Part shown: positions 40,015 through 48,813 of the stretch, in pieces | Layout of the letters: the number at the start of each line of letters is the position of its first letter | Numbering within the stretch: the first letter of the stretch is position 1 | Assembly (NCBI GenBank): GCA_964458565.1 | Contig: CAYWJO010000007.1 | Coordinates: 46,470-110,469, forward strand | Source of the DNA: an uncultured archaeon | Lineage (GTDB): Archaea; Asgardarchaeota; Thorarchaeia; Thorarchaeales; Thorarchaeaceae | Length of the DNA stretch: 64,000 bases | Direction: 5' to 3' | The notes under the pieces: model-generated | The model's database searches: none | Told to the model about the DNA's origin: nothing | What the model saw: the letters and a program-made list of their open reading frames with translations, nothing else | Made by a program: the position numbers and the translations under genes

Positions 40015-40893
40015 GTGACTTGTATGTGTAAATGGTGCTTCAAACACGGTGATGGCGGCAAGTGGTATGAGAACGCCCGTCTCTATTCCAACGAATTAGC
40101 CGATGAGTACAACGCTCAAGAATACCTTGAAGAACAATGGAAGAATATGGAAACTTTGTTCATCAGAAAAATCATGGGATTCAATTCCATTGGTCTCGGG
40201 TATAAGATGCAGATGCCAATCATTGGCAGAGTAATACGGAAAGTCGTTGAGGGGCAAATCCATAGTGAAAAGAAGAACAGGAATCCTGTACGTGCGGATG
40301 GTCACTTTGGTCAGGTGTTACCAATGGAGGATGCAGTTCATATCCTTGGTAATTTGGCAGCCGAACCTATAATCAAAAACTACTGCATATGCAGATACAT
40401 GCAGCGAGGAGTAAAAGATGCTGTGTGCATTAATTTTGGGCAGCTTTCCGAAGTTATCGAGAAACACACCCGCTACATCCCAGAGGGTGTGAAATACCGA
40501 CTAGATAGAGAGGAAGCTATTGAAGCACTGATGGAACAGAACAAGAAAGGTTACGTTGCATCGGTATGGTTTCAACCAGTTCCCTACATCAATGCGATTT
40601 GCTCATGCGAAACTCCTGAGTGTGGTGGTCTCCGTCTGAGAAACGACTTTGGATTGGAAACAGTATACAAGGGTGAATATATCATTGAAATTAACATTGA
40701 TAACTGTCAAGGTTGTAAGAGCTGTGTAAGTATGTGTCAATTCAATGCTCTCAGATATCTCCCCTCAGTTGACCGAGTGATAGTTGACCTTGACAAGTGC
40801 TTTGGCTGTGGAGTCTGTAGACATGCATGTAAGCATGATGCACTCAATCTCGTCCCCCGTGAGTCTGTTCCAGGACAGGCTGGTAAGTACTGA
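40015..40893 (+). CDS. 4Fe-4S dicluster protein with Cys-rich N-terminal domain
   Basis: CICR, ICSC..C, CQGCKSCVSMC, CFGCGVCRHAC. Confidence 0.85.
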   Translation: MTCMCKWCFKHGDGGKWYENARLYSNELADEYNAQEYLEEQWKNMETLFIRKIMGFNSIGLGYKMQMPIIGRVIRKVVEGQIHSEKKNRNPVRADGHFGQVLPMEDAVHILGNLAAEPIIKNYCICRYMQRGVKDAVCINFGQLSEVIEKHTRYIPEGVKYRLDREEAIEALMEQNKKGYVASVWFQPVPYINAICSCETPECGGLRLRNDFGLETVYKGEYIIEINIDNCQGCKSCVSMCQFNALRYLPSVDRVIVDLDKCFGCGVCRHACKHDALNLVPRESVPGQAGKY

Positions 40894-40908
40894 TGATGGG
40901 TGGTAGAT

Positions 40909-41193
40909 ATGGTAAAGAAGACAAAAATCAAGATAGACCATTCGAAATGTGGATTTGCTGGCAATATCGACCCGAGAAGCTGCAGAAAATGCCTGTATGT
41001 CTGCGACCCCGCGGTTCTACTCCTTCATCCTACACTCGAGCAACACCCCGATCCTCATAATCCAGAAAAATGGGTAATTGATGCCATATGGCTATCAAAA
41101 TGTACAGGTTGTATGAAATGTTCTGAAATATGTCCAGAGTCTGCAATTGAAGTCTTTCCGGGTGACTCATTGGCATATATCAGAGCTACATAG
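40909..41193 (+). CDS. Small ferredoxin (4Fe-4S)
   Basis: C...CRKCLYVCDP and CTGCMKCSEICP. Confidence 0.8.
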   Translation: MVKKTKIKIDHSKCGFAGNIDPRSCRKCLYVCDPAVLLLHPTLEQHPDPHNPEKWVIDAIWLSKCTGCMKCSEICPESAIEVFPGDSLAYIRAT

Positions 41194-41213
41194 GTAGGTA
41201 CATGACATATCTC

Positions 41214-42257
41214 CTATCGTAAGGTAGTGATGGGTCGTGATTGTAATATGATAATCTCGTTTCCTGTCATGCACCACTCAATATCCTGAGGCCCACCCAT
41301 TTTCCTCTCGATTTCAAGACCAATCTCCGCAACTTGCATCAAGGCATTATTGGTCAACGTGAACTCGGAACGTTTCTCTATGGGCGTATCCTTCATTACC
41401 GACTGAACATAACCATCCACAACTTCGGGTCGAGAAAATCTCTCCTTTGTTCCTATGCTCTTTGCAGTTACCTTGAGGGGATTCTTTGAGAGAATGAATG
41501 TATCTGGGATTACTTTTCCTGAAACCAAAGTGTTTCCAAGTCCCCACGTTGAGTTGATTAACATCTCATCTATATCATTATTGACCACATTTGCAGTGAA
41601 CGTGACTCCAGACACATCTGCAGAAATCATCTCTTGTACAAAGACACTCATCATCATCTGGCTTAGGGGGATGTCTTTTGTATTCAGATAGATGACTGCA
41701 CTTGGAGAAAACCCTGATATCCAGACATCTTTGATTGCTTTGATAACATCACTAGGCTCTACAATACACAGAAAACTCTCCGCCTGACCCGCAAATGAAA
41801 TATCAGTACGATCTTCTATTGTTGCTGAAGATCGGACCGCACATCCGTGTTCTAACTTTCTTGTTCTTGTTTGAAGATTGTGAAACTCTTCTATTATCTG
41901 TGTTTCAATATCCCGTGGTATGCTGTATCGATTCACTAGTACTTGAAGACCTACTGCAAGCTCTAGCATCTCTTCATAATCATCACATCTCTCAATATTC
42001 ATAACCAACTCTGACAGCTGAGGTATATCTGTTAACATCCTCTGAAAACATGAAGTAGTTACTGAGAAACCCAATGGAACTGGAAAACCCATTTCATGCA
42101 AACGTGCAAGATTGACCCCTTTTCCTCCATATTTCACTACGTCCTTCGAATCAATCTCAGCTAAGGGAACTACCCATCGTATTGAGTCATCTCCTTCGTT
42201 CAAGACCAACTCACCACATTCATTCAGTAAGGAATAATGATCCGGAGAGGCCATCAT
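41214..42257 (-). CDS. Stand-alone PEP/pyruvate-binding (ATP-grasp) domain of the PEP-synthetase family
   Basis: GGKG.NL, PVP.GF, AVRSSA..ED...SFAGQ, VQEM, WGLG..LVSG, PQDIEW, LQSRPIT; probable start near 42203. Confidence 0.9.
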   Translation of the reverse strand: MMASPDHYSLLNECGELVLNEGDDSIRWVVPLAEIDSKDVVKYGGKGVNLARLHEMGFPVPLGFSVTTSCFQRMLTDIPQLSELVMNIERCDDYEEMLELAVGLQVLVNRYSIPRDIETQIIEEFHNLQTRTRKLEHGCAVRSSATIEDRTDISFAGQAESFLCIVEPSDVIKAIKDVWISGFSPSAVIYLNTKDIPLSQMMMSVFVQEMISADVSGVTFTANVVNNDIDEMLINSTWGLGNTLVSGKVIPDTFILSKNPLKVTAKSIGTKERFSRPEVVDGYVQSVMKDTPIEKRSEFTLTNNALMQVAEIGLEIERKMGGPQDIEWCMTGNEIIILQSRPITTLR

Positions 42258-42570
42258 CTGGCTTTATGATAACTTGCTTTCTGTTCAGTTCATGAGGATT
42301 ATCAATTTTCACACCCATTAATGCAGGGATTTCAAACTCACGTGTTACTATAGCAAGATGTGACCCAAGAGCTCCAGACATGCAAACTACACCTGCTAAC
42401 TTTGAAAGTACAGGTGCGAGAAAAGTTGTACCTGCATCATCGACGAGAACGATCTTTCCTTCTGCACCCTCCTTCAATAATTGAATAACTTCTGGTACGG
42501 ATGTAATATATCGTAGCTCTCCATCAGCCTCTAATTTTAGGGATATTAATCCCTGTCCAACCTTTTGCAT
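42220..42570 (-). CDS. Stand-alone PEP-utilising phospho-His swivel domain
   Basis: GVVCMSGALGSHLAIVTREFEIPALMG; ATG after GGTGA. Confidence 0.85.
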   Translation of the reverse strand: MQKVGQGLISLKLEADGELRYITSVPEVIQLLKEGAEGKIVLVDDAGTTFLAPVLSKLAGVVCMSGALGSHLAIVTREFEIPALMGVKIDNPHELNRKQVIIKPDDGLSGSLFLTE

Positions 42571-42742
42571 CTCATTAGTCACCTTGCAAGCTTCAGCAAT
42601 TGAATCCACTGGGAGATATAAGATTTGATACTCTGTTTTACAATTAATCATATTGCGCATTTGATTGTGAAACCACCATACTTACATAATGGGCTGTCTA
42701 GTCTGAGAATAATCAGGCTGCAAGAGTGCCAGGTGAGATGCA

Positions 42743-43897
42743 GTGAAGGTGAATGAAGTCAATCCTCTATTACGTCATGTTTCCAATGTATTTAGTGATA
42801 TCCTTGCTGAGCGTGGCCTTTTGGAATCTAAACTCTTTCCGGTAAATGAGTACATCTCAGTAGCCTGTTATCACACATATGACCATCTATACAACTTAAT
42901 GAAACTAGTCTGGGATAGGATTACTCCTGAGGATTTAGCCAAGCAGAGCAAGGTGCTACTTTCAGAGGTACATGCACTCTCTATCACTTACCAATGGCTC
43001 TATTATGGTCTGGGACGGATGGGTATTATAAATAACAAGTTAGAGAGTGATGCCTCAAAAGAGCCTGAGGAGAAACGCAATCAGTGGAAATGGATTCTTG
43101 AGAACTGGTACAGACTAGCGAAGTCCTATTTCAATACTAATGAACCCACTGTAGCTGCTTCAGGAGGTACGAATCTAGCTTTTGAGGAAAAGACTATCGA
43201 ATGGTTGAAGGATAATCTTGAACCTGTAGATACAGAACAGGTAAAGAAAATCCGAAGGTCTCTTGGTTCGGTGGAACTCTATGCTTTCTTGGATGAATGT
43301 GAAGCACGTGCCAAGCTCATAGATCACGGTCCATATCCAATTGATGACGAAATCCTTGTCATCTCAGAATTTACTCGCCTCAATGATGGTAAGGGAGAGC
43401 CTTGGATGCCATGGTCTGACACAGAGTCAAAACTGCCGTCTTCTGCAATGGGAATAGCTATGACTATCAAAAATGTGACAGCCTTCTTCAATGATATCGG
43501 AACTATGATGATAGAACCCGGTGATTATTCTGGTCTTGTAACAAGCGTATGTGCATATACTAATCGAGGTCAAAAAATTGTTCCTATTGGTCTGGATGAG
43601 TTGCCTGCTTATGCTGAGGCTGCAGATGCAGCTCAAACAGAGCTTTACATGAAGTTTGCAGAGTGGGACAAGTCTAAGCTTATGCTTGCAGGAGCTGCTG
43701 CATACTGGCGAGGATTTATGAGATTTACAGACCGAGTTGGTGTGAGCGATAAGATTGACTGGATGCTATCGAAGGACATTGAAGAGGAATACGTACCCTT
43801 CTTTATGGATAATGATGCAGATCCAGCTTTTATTCGATTTGGACGTTTTGACGAGGATATGGAGGAGGACCCCACACTCTACTTATTGCCTGAATAA
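42743..43897 (+). CDS. Hypothetical protein associated with PEP-utilising domains
   Basis: 384-aa ORF with AGGTGA RBS, divergent from the swivel-domain gene. Confidence 0.7.
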   Translation: MKVNEVNPLLRHVSNVFSDILAERGLLESKLFPVNEYISVACYHTYDHLYNLMKLVWDRITPEDLAKQSKVLLSEVHALSITYQWLYYGLGRMGIINNKLESDASKEPEEKRNQWKWILENWYRLAKSYFNTNEPTVAASGGTNLAFEEKTIEWLKDNLEPVDTEQVKKIRRSLGSVELYAFLDECEARAKLIDHGPYPIDDEILVISEFTRLNDGKGEPWMPWSDTESKLPSSAMGIAMTIKNVTAFFNDIGTMMIEPGDYSGLVTSVCAYTNRGQKIVPIGLDELPAYAEAADAAQTELYMKFAEWDKSKLMLAGAAAYWRGFMRFTDRVGVSDKIDWMLSKDIEEEYVPFFMDNDADPAFIRFGRFDEDMEEDPTLYLLPE

Positions 43898-43900
43898 GAT

Positions 43901-44806
43901 ATGGTGAATCGGATGGCATCTCTATCAGAAAAGGACGACCACGCACATGAGCCAGATGCAAAACTTGCTTGGCGTGAGAGCTATTACTTCAACTGGGTTG
44001 ACCTTAAGCGGGGTATATCCGGATTTTCTACAGTCGGGCTTCTCCCCAATGCGAACAAAAGGGAATTTGTCTTTGCACTCTTCTATGATAATGAGCGTGA
44101 AACCTATTGGGAAGAACCAGATGGTGCAATACCTACTGATTTTCGTAACTCGTTATCATTTGATAGACTATCCTTTGAGATGATAGAACCCTTGAAGGAA
44201 TGGCGAATAAAATACATTCTTGATCATCTAGAGGTGGATATCAAATGGAAAGCACGTTTTCCAGCATACGACTTTGGCGGTGGTTCCGGTACATCATGGA
44301 ATGGACATTTTGAGCAATCTGGATTTGTTGAAGGCTCGATAAAACTACCTACCGGTCCCATACTTGCCTTCAAAGGTTATGGTGAGCGTGATAAGTCATG
44401 GGGATCAAGAGATTGGCACATCGAAGCATGGTATGCATTTCACGCTCAGTTCAAAGACATATCATTCGGCCTTCGACGTGATCAAGTGAAGGGAGAATTT
44501 GTTGTATCTGGTGGAATCTCGACCGTAGATGGACATGTACCAATTGAAAAAGTGGATGTGGATACTGAATACGTAGGCTCTCCGCAAAAGATACCCTATG
44601 CCGCGACTACAACTATACATGGTGCAGATGAGAGTCAATACACCATCAAATCAAAGACGCTTTCACCTAAGAGCTTCGTTCGATTTGAACGTGCATTTCA
44701 GGGTGGAAGTACTGAGCTATTCGAGAATATGGCACATCATTACTGTGAAGAACTTGATGAGGATGGGACCGGACTTTTAGAATGGTTATTCACCTATACA
44801 GAGTGA
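43901..44806 (+). CDS. Lipocalin/tocopherol-cyclase/CrtC-like double beta-barrel protein
   Basis: WRESYYFN, EPLKEWRI, HFEQSG.V.G.I, GERDKSWG.RDW. Confidence 0.65.
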   Translation: MVNRMASLSEKDDHAHEPDAKLAWRESYYFNWVDLKRGISGFSTVGLLPNANKREFVFALFYDNERETYWEEPDGAIPTDFRNSLSFDRLSFEMIEPLKEWRIKYILDHLEVDIKWKARFPAYDFGGGSGTSWNGHFEQSGFVEGSIKLPTGPILAFKGYGERDKSWGSRDWHIEAWYAFHAQFKDISFGLRRDQVKGEFVVSGGISTVDGHVPIEKVDVDTEYVGSPQKIPYAATTTIHGADESQYTIKSKTLSPKSFVRFERAFQGGSTELFENMAHHYCEELDEDGTGLLEWLFTYTE

Positions 44807-45038
44807 ATGAAATAACAGTTATGCAAATTATCCAAAAATCGTACAATTTTATTGGTAATAAACTCACCAAAAAATCTCATATGGTTTTACATGTTAAATA
44901 GAGTGGAATTCTATTTGACATGCTATGAATGCCGCTCACTCTTTGTATAATCCAATACAGTCACACATCTATAGATAGATGTTAAAAACCCCCTTCAAAA
45001 ATAACTACTCCCTCCCTTATTCCACAATCACTGCAAAA

Positions 45039-45071
45039 ACCGGACGGGGGCTGATATTTCCTCCGTCCGGT
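45039..45071. terminator. GC-rich hairpin between convergent genes
   Basis: ACCGGACGGGGG-loop-CCTCCGTCCGGT. Confidence 0.55.
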
Positions 45072-45089
45072 AGTATTAGATTTCTTCTA

Positions 45090-46802
45090 TCATGTAAATG
45101 GTAATATTGTAGCTAACATCCATCCAAAAATCAGTCCATTCAGGATGGCGGCGAGATAGTAGTTACCTGTCATTTTGTAGCAAAATACTATGATTACTGC
45201 ACCTACAGCAAACCAGGGTGTGAATGCGAAGAAGAAGAGGAAGGAAAATCCAATCAGTCCTTGTGCCACTGGAAATCCTGTGAGGAGTCCCACTCCCATC
45301 TGCATAGCGATGAGTAAGAGATACGGGATGCATTTGATAAATCCTGCTAGAATGGATGATTTTGTTATCGATCTGACAGGGCTTCCTGGAGCATCTGTTT
45401 TCATGATGCCCATCAACCACATTCCTTCAACTAGACTATATATCATAAAGACAACAAAGTATAACGGAACATAGATTGCTCTAAGCGCAGTTAGGTCATT
45501 TAACCCTGGTAAGAAAGCTCGAAACTCTAAGACGAATCCAATATCTACAACAAGTGTCCATGCATATAACCATACAAACACAACCAATGCAAGCACAAGT
45601 GTCTTCACAAACTTTGGAACAAATTTCACCCCTTCTCCCATTGTCCAGAGTCGTTTCCACTCGAGCCCCGACGGTTTCCTCGTTCTAAGAATGATATATA
45701 GGACCAGAGCAGCAATCAGTGCACTTCCCAATATCCATGAGATAATTGAAGTTGCACGATACTGTGGTGATGGAAGGAACATACCAACTGCAAGCAGCGG
45801 AAGGAAACAACCCGCTCCAATTATTGCATATACTGAACCATAACCTAAGTATAGCTTTGTTGTTGCGGTATACTCCATTTCACGCTCATTCTTGAGACCA
45901 CTGAAAGGTTTCAAATCAATTAGAATGGCTATGAGAGGAAAGATCGTCAAGACAATACCAAGTACGCTCAGAAAACCCCCAACCAACCATAGTTGGTATA
46001 TTTGGCTCTCGGAAGGGATCCAGTAGGAATCCTCTGTACCTTTCAGACTGTCCTTCACCCATTCAACAGTTTCACTCACAAAGAGTGGATCAACTGTGGA
46101 GAACAGGTGATTTGTCCGTGATACTATTAGTCTTCGCGCTGTTCCACTTGAAAAGTCACCATAGGTCACTCCAACCTCTATATCAGTTACTCCAAACGAT
46201 GGTTCCAAGGCGGTGATATTCAGGGGATAGATTAACTCATCAAACTCTCCCACTGCGACCAACATGTTGTTCGGGTAAGTCGAATTGGCTATAGCTCGCA
46301 CCCGACTTCCAACAAGAACTATTGCATTAATTGTTTGTTCCGAATCATCTAATGCACTCCATGAAATGTCTCCTCCCATGCTATGACCTATTAATGCCAA
46401 TTGACTTTCATCGACAAAGTCACGATTTGCCAGATAGTCAATTGCCGCAGCTCCGCTCCCTGAACCCGGATCTGAATTTCCATGACCATTAGCATCTATT
46501 GTAAGCACGACAAACCCCCTTCGAGCAATCTCGATTCCAAATGCCATGAGCCACTCCTTGCTCTGAAGTATCCCGTGGATTACAACCACTCCAGGCATTG
46601 GATTTGACGAAGTTGCCTCAACAGGTTTTTGCAAAGTGCTATGGATCATGGATCCATCAGAGGATTGAAAATCAGCCTCCGTAACAATGACGGAACCAAA
46701 TCCACTTTGAATTGTACCTGCTAGTCCAACGCCAGATAGCATAATCACCATACTGACAACTAGAACAACATACCTTAGTTTCATCTTGTGCGACTCCTGC
46801 AA
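45090..46802 (-). CDS. Membrane-bound alpha/beta hydrolase
   Basis: HG, GHG.S, GHSMGG nucleophile elbow, DE, NH; C-terminal multi-TM domain. Confidence 0.85.
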   Translation of the reverse strand: MQESHKMKLRYVVLVVSMVIMLSGVGLAGTIQSGFGSVIVTEADFQSSDGSMIHSTLQKPVEATSSNPMPGVVVIHGILQSKEWLMAFGIEIARRGFVVLTIDANGHGNSDPGSGSGAAAIDYLANRDFVDESQLALIGHSMGGDISWSALDDSEQTINAIVLVGSRVRAIANSTYPNNMLVAVGEFDELIYPLNITALEPSFGVTDIEVGVTYGDFSSGTARRLIVSRTNHLFSTVDPLFVSETVEWVKDSLKGTEDSYWIPSESQIYQLWLVGGFLSVLGIVLTIFPLIAILIDLKPFSGLKNEREMEYTATTKLYLGYGSVYAIIGAGCFLPLLAVGMFLPSPQYRATSIISWILGSALIAALVLYIILRTRKPSGLEWKRLWTMGEGVKFVPKFVKTLVLALVVFVWLYAWTLVVDIGFVLEFRAFLPGLNDLTALRAIYVPLYFVVFMIYSLVEGMWLMGIMKTDAPGSPVRSITKSSILAGFIKCIPYLLLIAMQMGVGLLTGFPVAQGLIGFSFLFFFAFTPWFAVGAVIIVFCYKMTGNYYLAAILNGLIFGWMLATILPFT

Positions 46803-46878
46803 TCGTGCCCCCTTTCTATGCTTGCCAAGATATATCTCATTGGGTTAACTTGAATGTATAATGCGATGGTGATTTTGA

Positions 46879-47508
46879 GTGCCTGAATGGGATGCTATCT
46901 TCAAGGAACAAGGGCGGGTTTTCACAGACCCCCATCCGGATATGAAGCGCATTACTGAGATGTTTCAGGAACGAGATATTAGACGAATACTCGATCTGGG
47001 GTGCGGTACTGGACGTCATCTAATCTATCTCTCAAAATGTGGTTTTGATATGTATGGATTTGATTCATCTCCCACAGCAATAGAGATTGCATCTCAGTGG
47101 GTAAAAACTGAGAGATTTGATGTACCAATTATACTGCATAGAATGGAAGAGCCATTTCCATACGATGACAACTTCTTTGATGCTGTGATTTCTATTCAGG
47201 TCATTCATCATAACCTCACAAGAGATATCTTGATTACTGTGGAAGAAACAGAGCGTGTTCTTAGGAGTGGTGGTTTCTTTTTTGTTACATTACCCATTCT
47301 CACGACCGGACCTATGAATGATGATGATGATTGGGCACTTGAGAAAATCGAAGAAGGTACTTATTTGCCAATGAAAGGACCCGAAAGTGGTATTCCACAT
47401 CATTACTTCACAATAGATGAAATTAATGATGTTTTCAGAAATTTCAATATAATTGAATTATTCACTGACTCCAATAATCATCGTTGTATTCTTGGAATTA
47501 AGAGATGA
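46879..47508 (+). CDS. Class I SAM-dependent methyltransferase
   Basis: ILDLGCGTGRH, FDAVISIQVIHH, RVLRSGG. Confidence 0.9.
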   Translation: MPEWDAIFKEQGRVFTDPHPDMKRITEMFQERDIRRILDLGCGTGRHLIYLSKCGFDMYGFDSSPTAIEIASQWVKTERFDVPIILHRMEEPFPYDDNFFDAVISIQVIHHNLTRDILITVEETERVLRSGGFFFVTLPILTTGPMNDDDDWALEKIEEGTYLPMKGPESGIPHHYFTIDEINDVFRNFNIIELFTDSNNHRCILGIKR

Positions 47509-47510
47509 AC

Positions 47511-48695
47511 CTACTCAAGTCCGAAATATGGAAAAATAAGATTCTTTACTTTAGCAATCGATTCATCTACTGCTCTCTGCACCTTGGTATGCTGAGTTTC
47601 AGGTAGTCGCTGTGGTCGATCTGTCCATCCACCACGTTGCACATCAAATCCATAACTATGGCAGAGTTTTATCCATTCAGCAGGTAAAACCGGCGGAAGT
47701 GCAATATCTGCTAGATCTGCAAGTAAAATTGTCCATATCTTAGCAGTTGGCACTGGATTATAACCGCCCCCGCCAAGAATGACCAATTGTCTATTTCCAA
47801 GATGTACAAGTTGTCTCACTGTCATCGAAAGTCGACGATATGTTTCGTAAGTCAGCATGAGGTCTGCAAGTGGGTCCTGCATATGTGCATCAGCACCGGC
47901 ATTCCACATTACAAAATCAGGCTTGTACGCCAACCAGATGGGAATCACAGCATCTTCAAATGCATTTGCGAACTCAACATCATCTGTCAGGGGTGGTAGC
48001 GGTATATTTACGGAGTACCCCTTGCCTTCTCCAATCCCCATATCTTCCGGTCTACCTGTTCCTGGAAAGAATCCCAAGCTCAGCTCATGCATTGAGATAG
48101 TTAGTACATTTGGATCATCATAGAATGCCTCTTGTACTCCATTACCATGATGCACGTCAGTATCTAAATACAGAACCTTCTTGTTTGGGAACTTCTCTTT
48201 GTATGCTTTGAGAGCACACGCGCAGTCATTATAGTAACAGAATCCAGCCGCATTATCTCGAGAAGCATGATGAAATCCTCCAAAGAAGGACATAGCATCC
48301 TCAAATCTTCCCTCTGCTACTCCCATTACTGCATCTATTGTAGCACCAACAGGATAGCTTGCATATTTGTGCATGTCAGTAAAGACTGGATTTTCATCAG
48401 TATCCAACCCGAGACGTGAGGAAAATGCATAACCCGTGTTACCAAAAAGCTCCACTGTTTCAATGTATGATTGGTCATGGTATAATCCTAATTCGTCCCT
48501 TGTCGCCAATCGCATCAGTTGTAGGGATATACTTTCACTTTCAGTCATCCCTGCCATGACTGGAAGCTTCCACGTGATTTCAAAGCGTGCACGGTTCCAA
48601 AATGGGTTTGGTTCAGGTCTAGTTCTCTCTAGGTCATCTATCCCCTCCATAAGTAAAAACTCAAGAGGGTCGTACAATGCAGTCAACCTAGACAA
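47511..48695 (-). CDS. Zn-dependent lysine deacetylase (HDAC/AcuC family)
   Basis: GGFHHA, GFCYYND, DTDVHHGNG, FFPGTG, GADAH..DPL, GGGGY. Confidence 0.93.
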   Translation of the reverse strand: MSRLTALYDPLEFLLMEGIDDLERTRPEPNPFWNRARFEITWKLPVMAGMTESESISLQLMRLATRDELGLYHDQSYIETVELFGNTGYAFSSRLGLDTDENPVFTDMHKYASYPVGATIDAVMGVAEGRFEDAMSFFGGFHHASRDNAAGFCYYNDCACALKAYKEKFPNKKVLYLDTDVHHGNGVQEAFYDDPNVLTISMHELSLGFFPGTGRPEDMGIGEGKGYSVNIPLPPLTDDVEFANAFEDAVIPIWLAYKPDFVMWNAGADAHMQDPLADLMLTYETYRRLSMTVRQLVHLGNRQLVILGGGGYNPVPTAKIWTILLADLADIALPPVLPAEWIKLCHSYGFDVQRGGWTDRPQRLPETQHTKVQRAVDESIAKVKNLIFPYFGLE

Positions 48696-48813
48696 CTAAA
48701 TACCTCCAATTCGAACATATGATGTATTGCTTAACTATTTTAGACTACTGCATTCATCCCGTGAAAATTAACATAAAACGATTATCCTGTCGCCGATTTA
48801 TTGTGTTTCTTTT

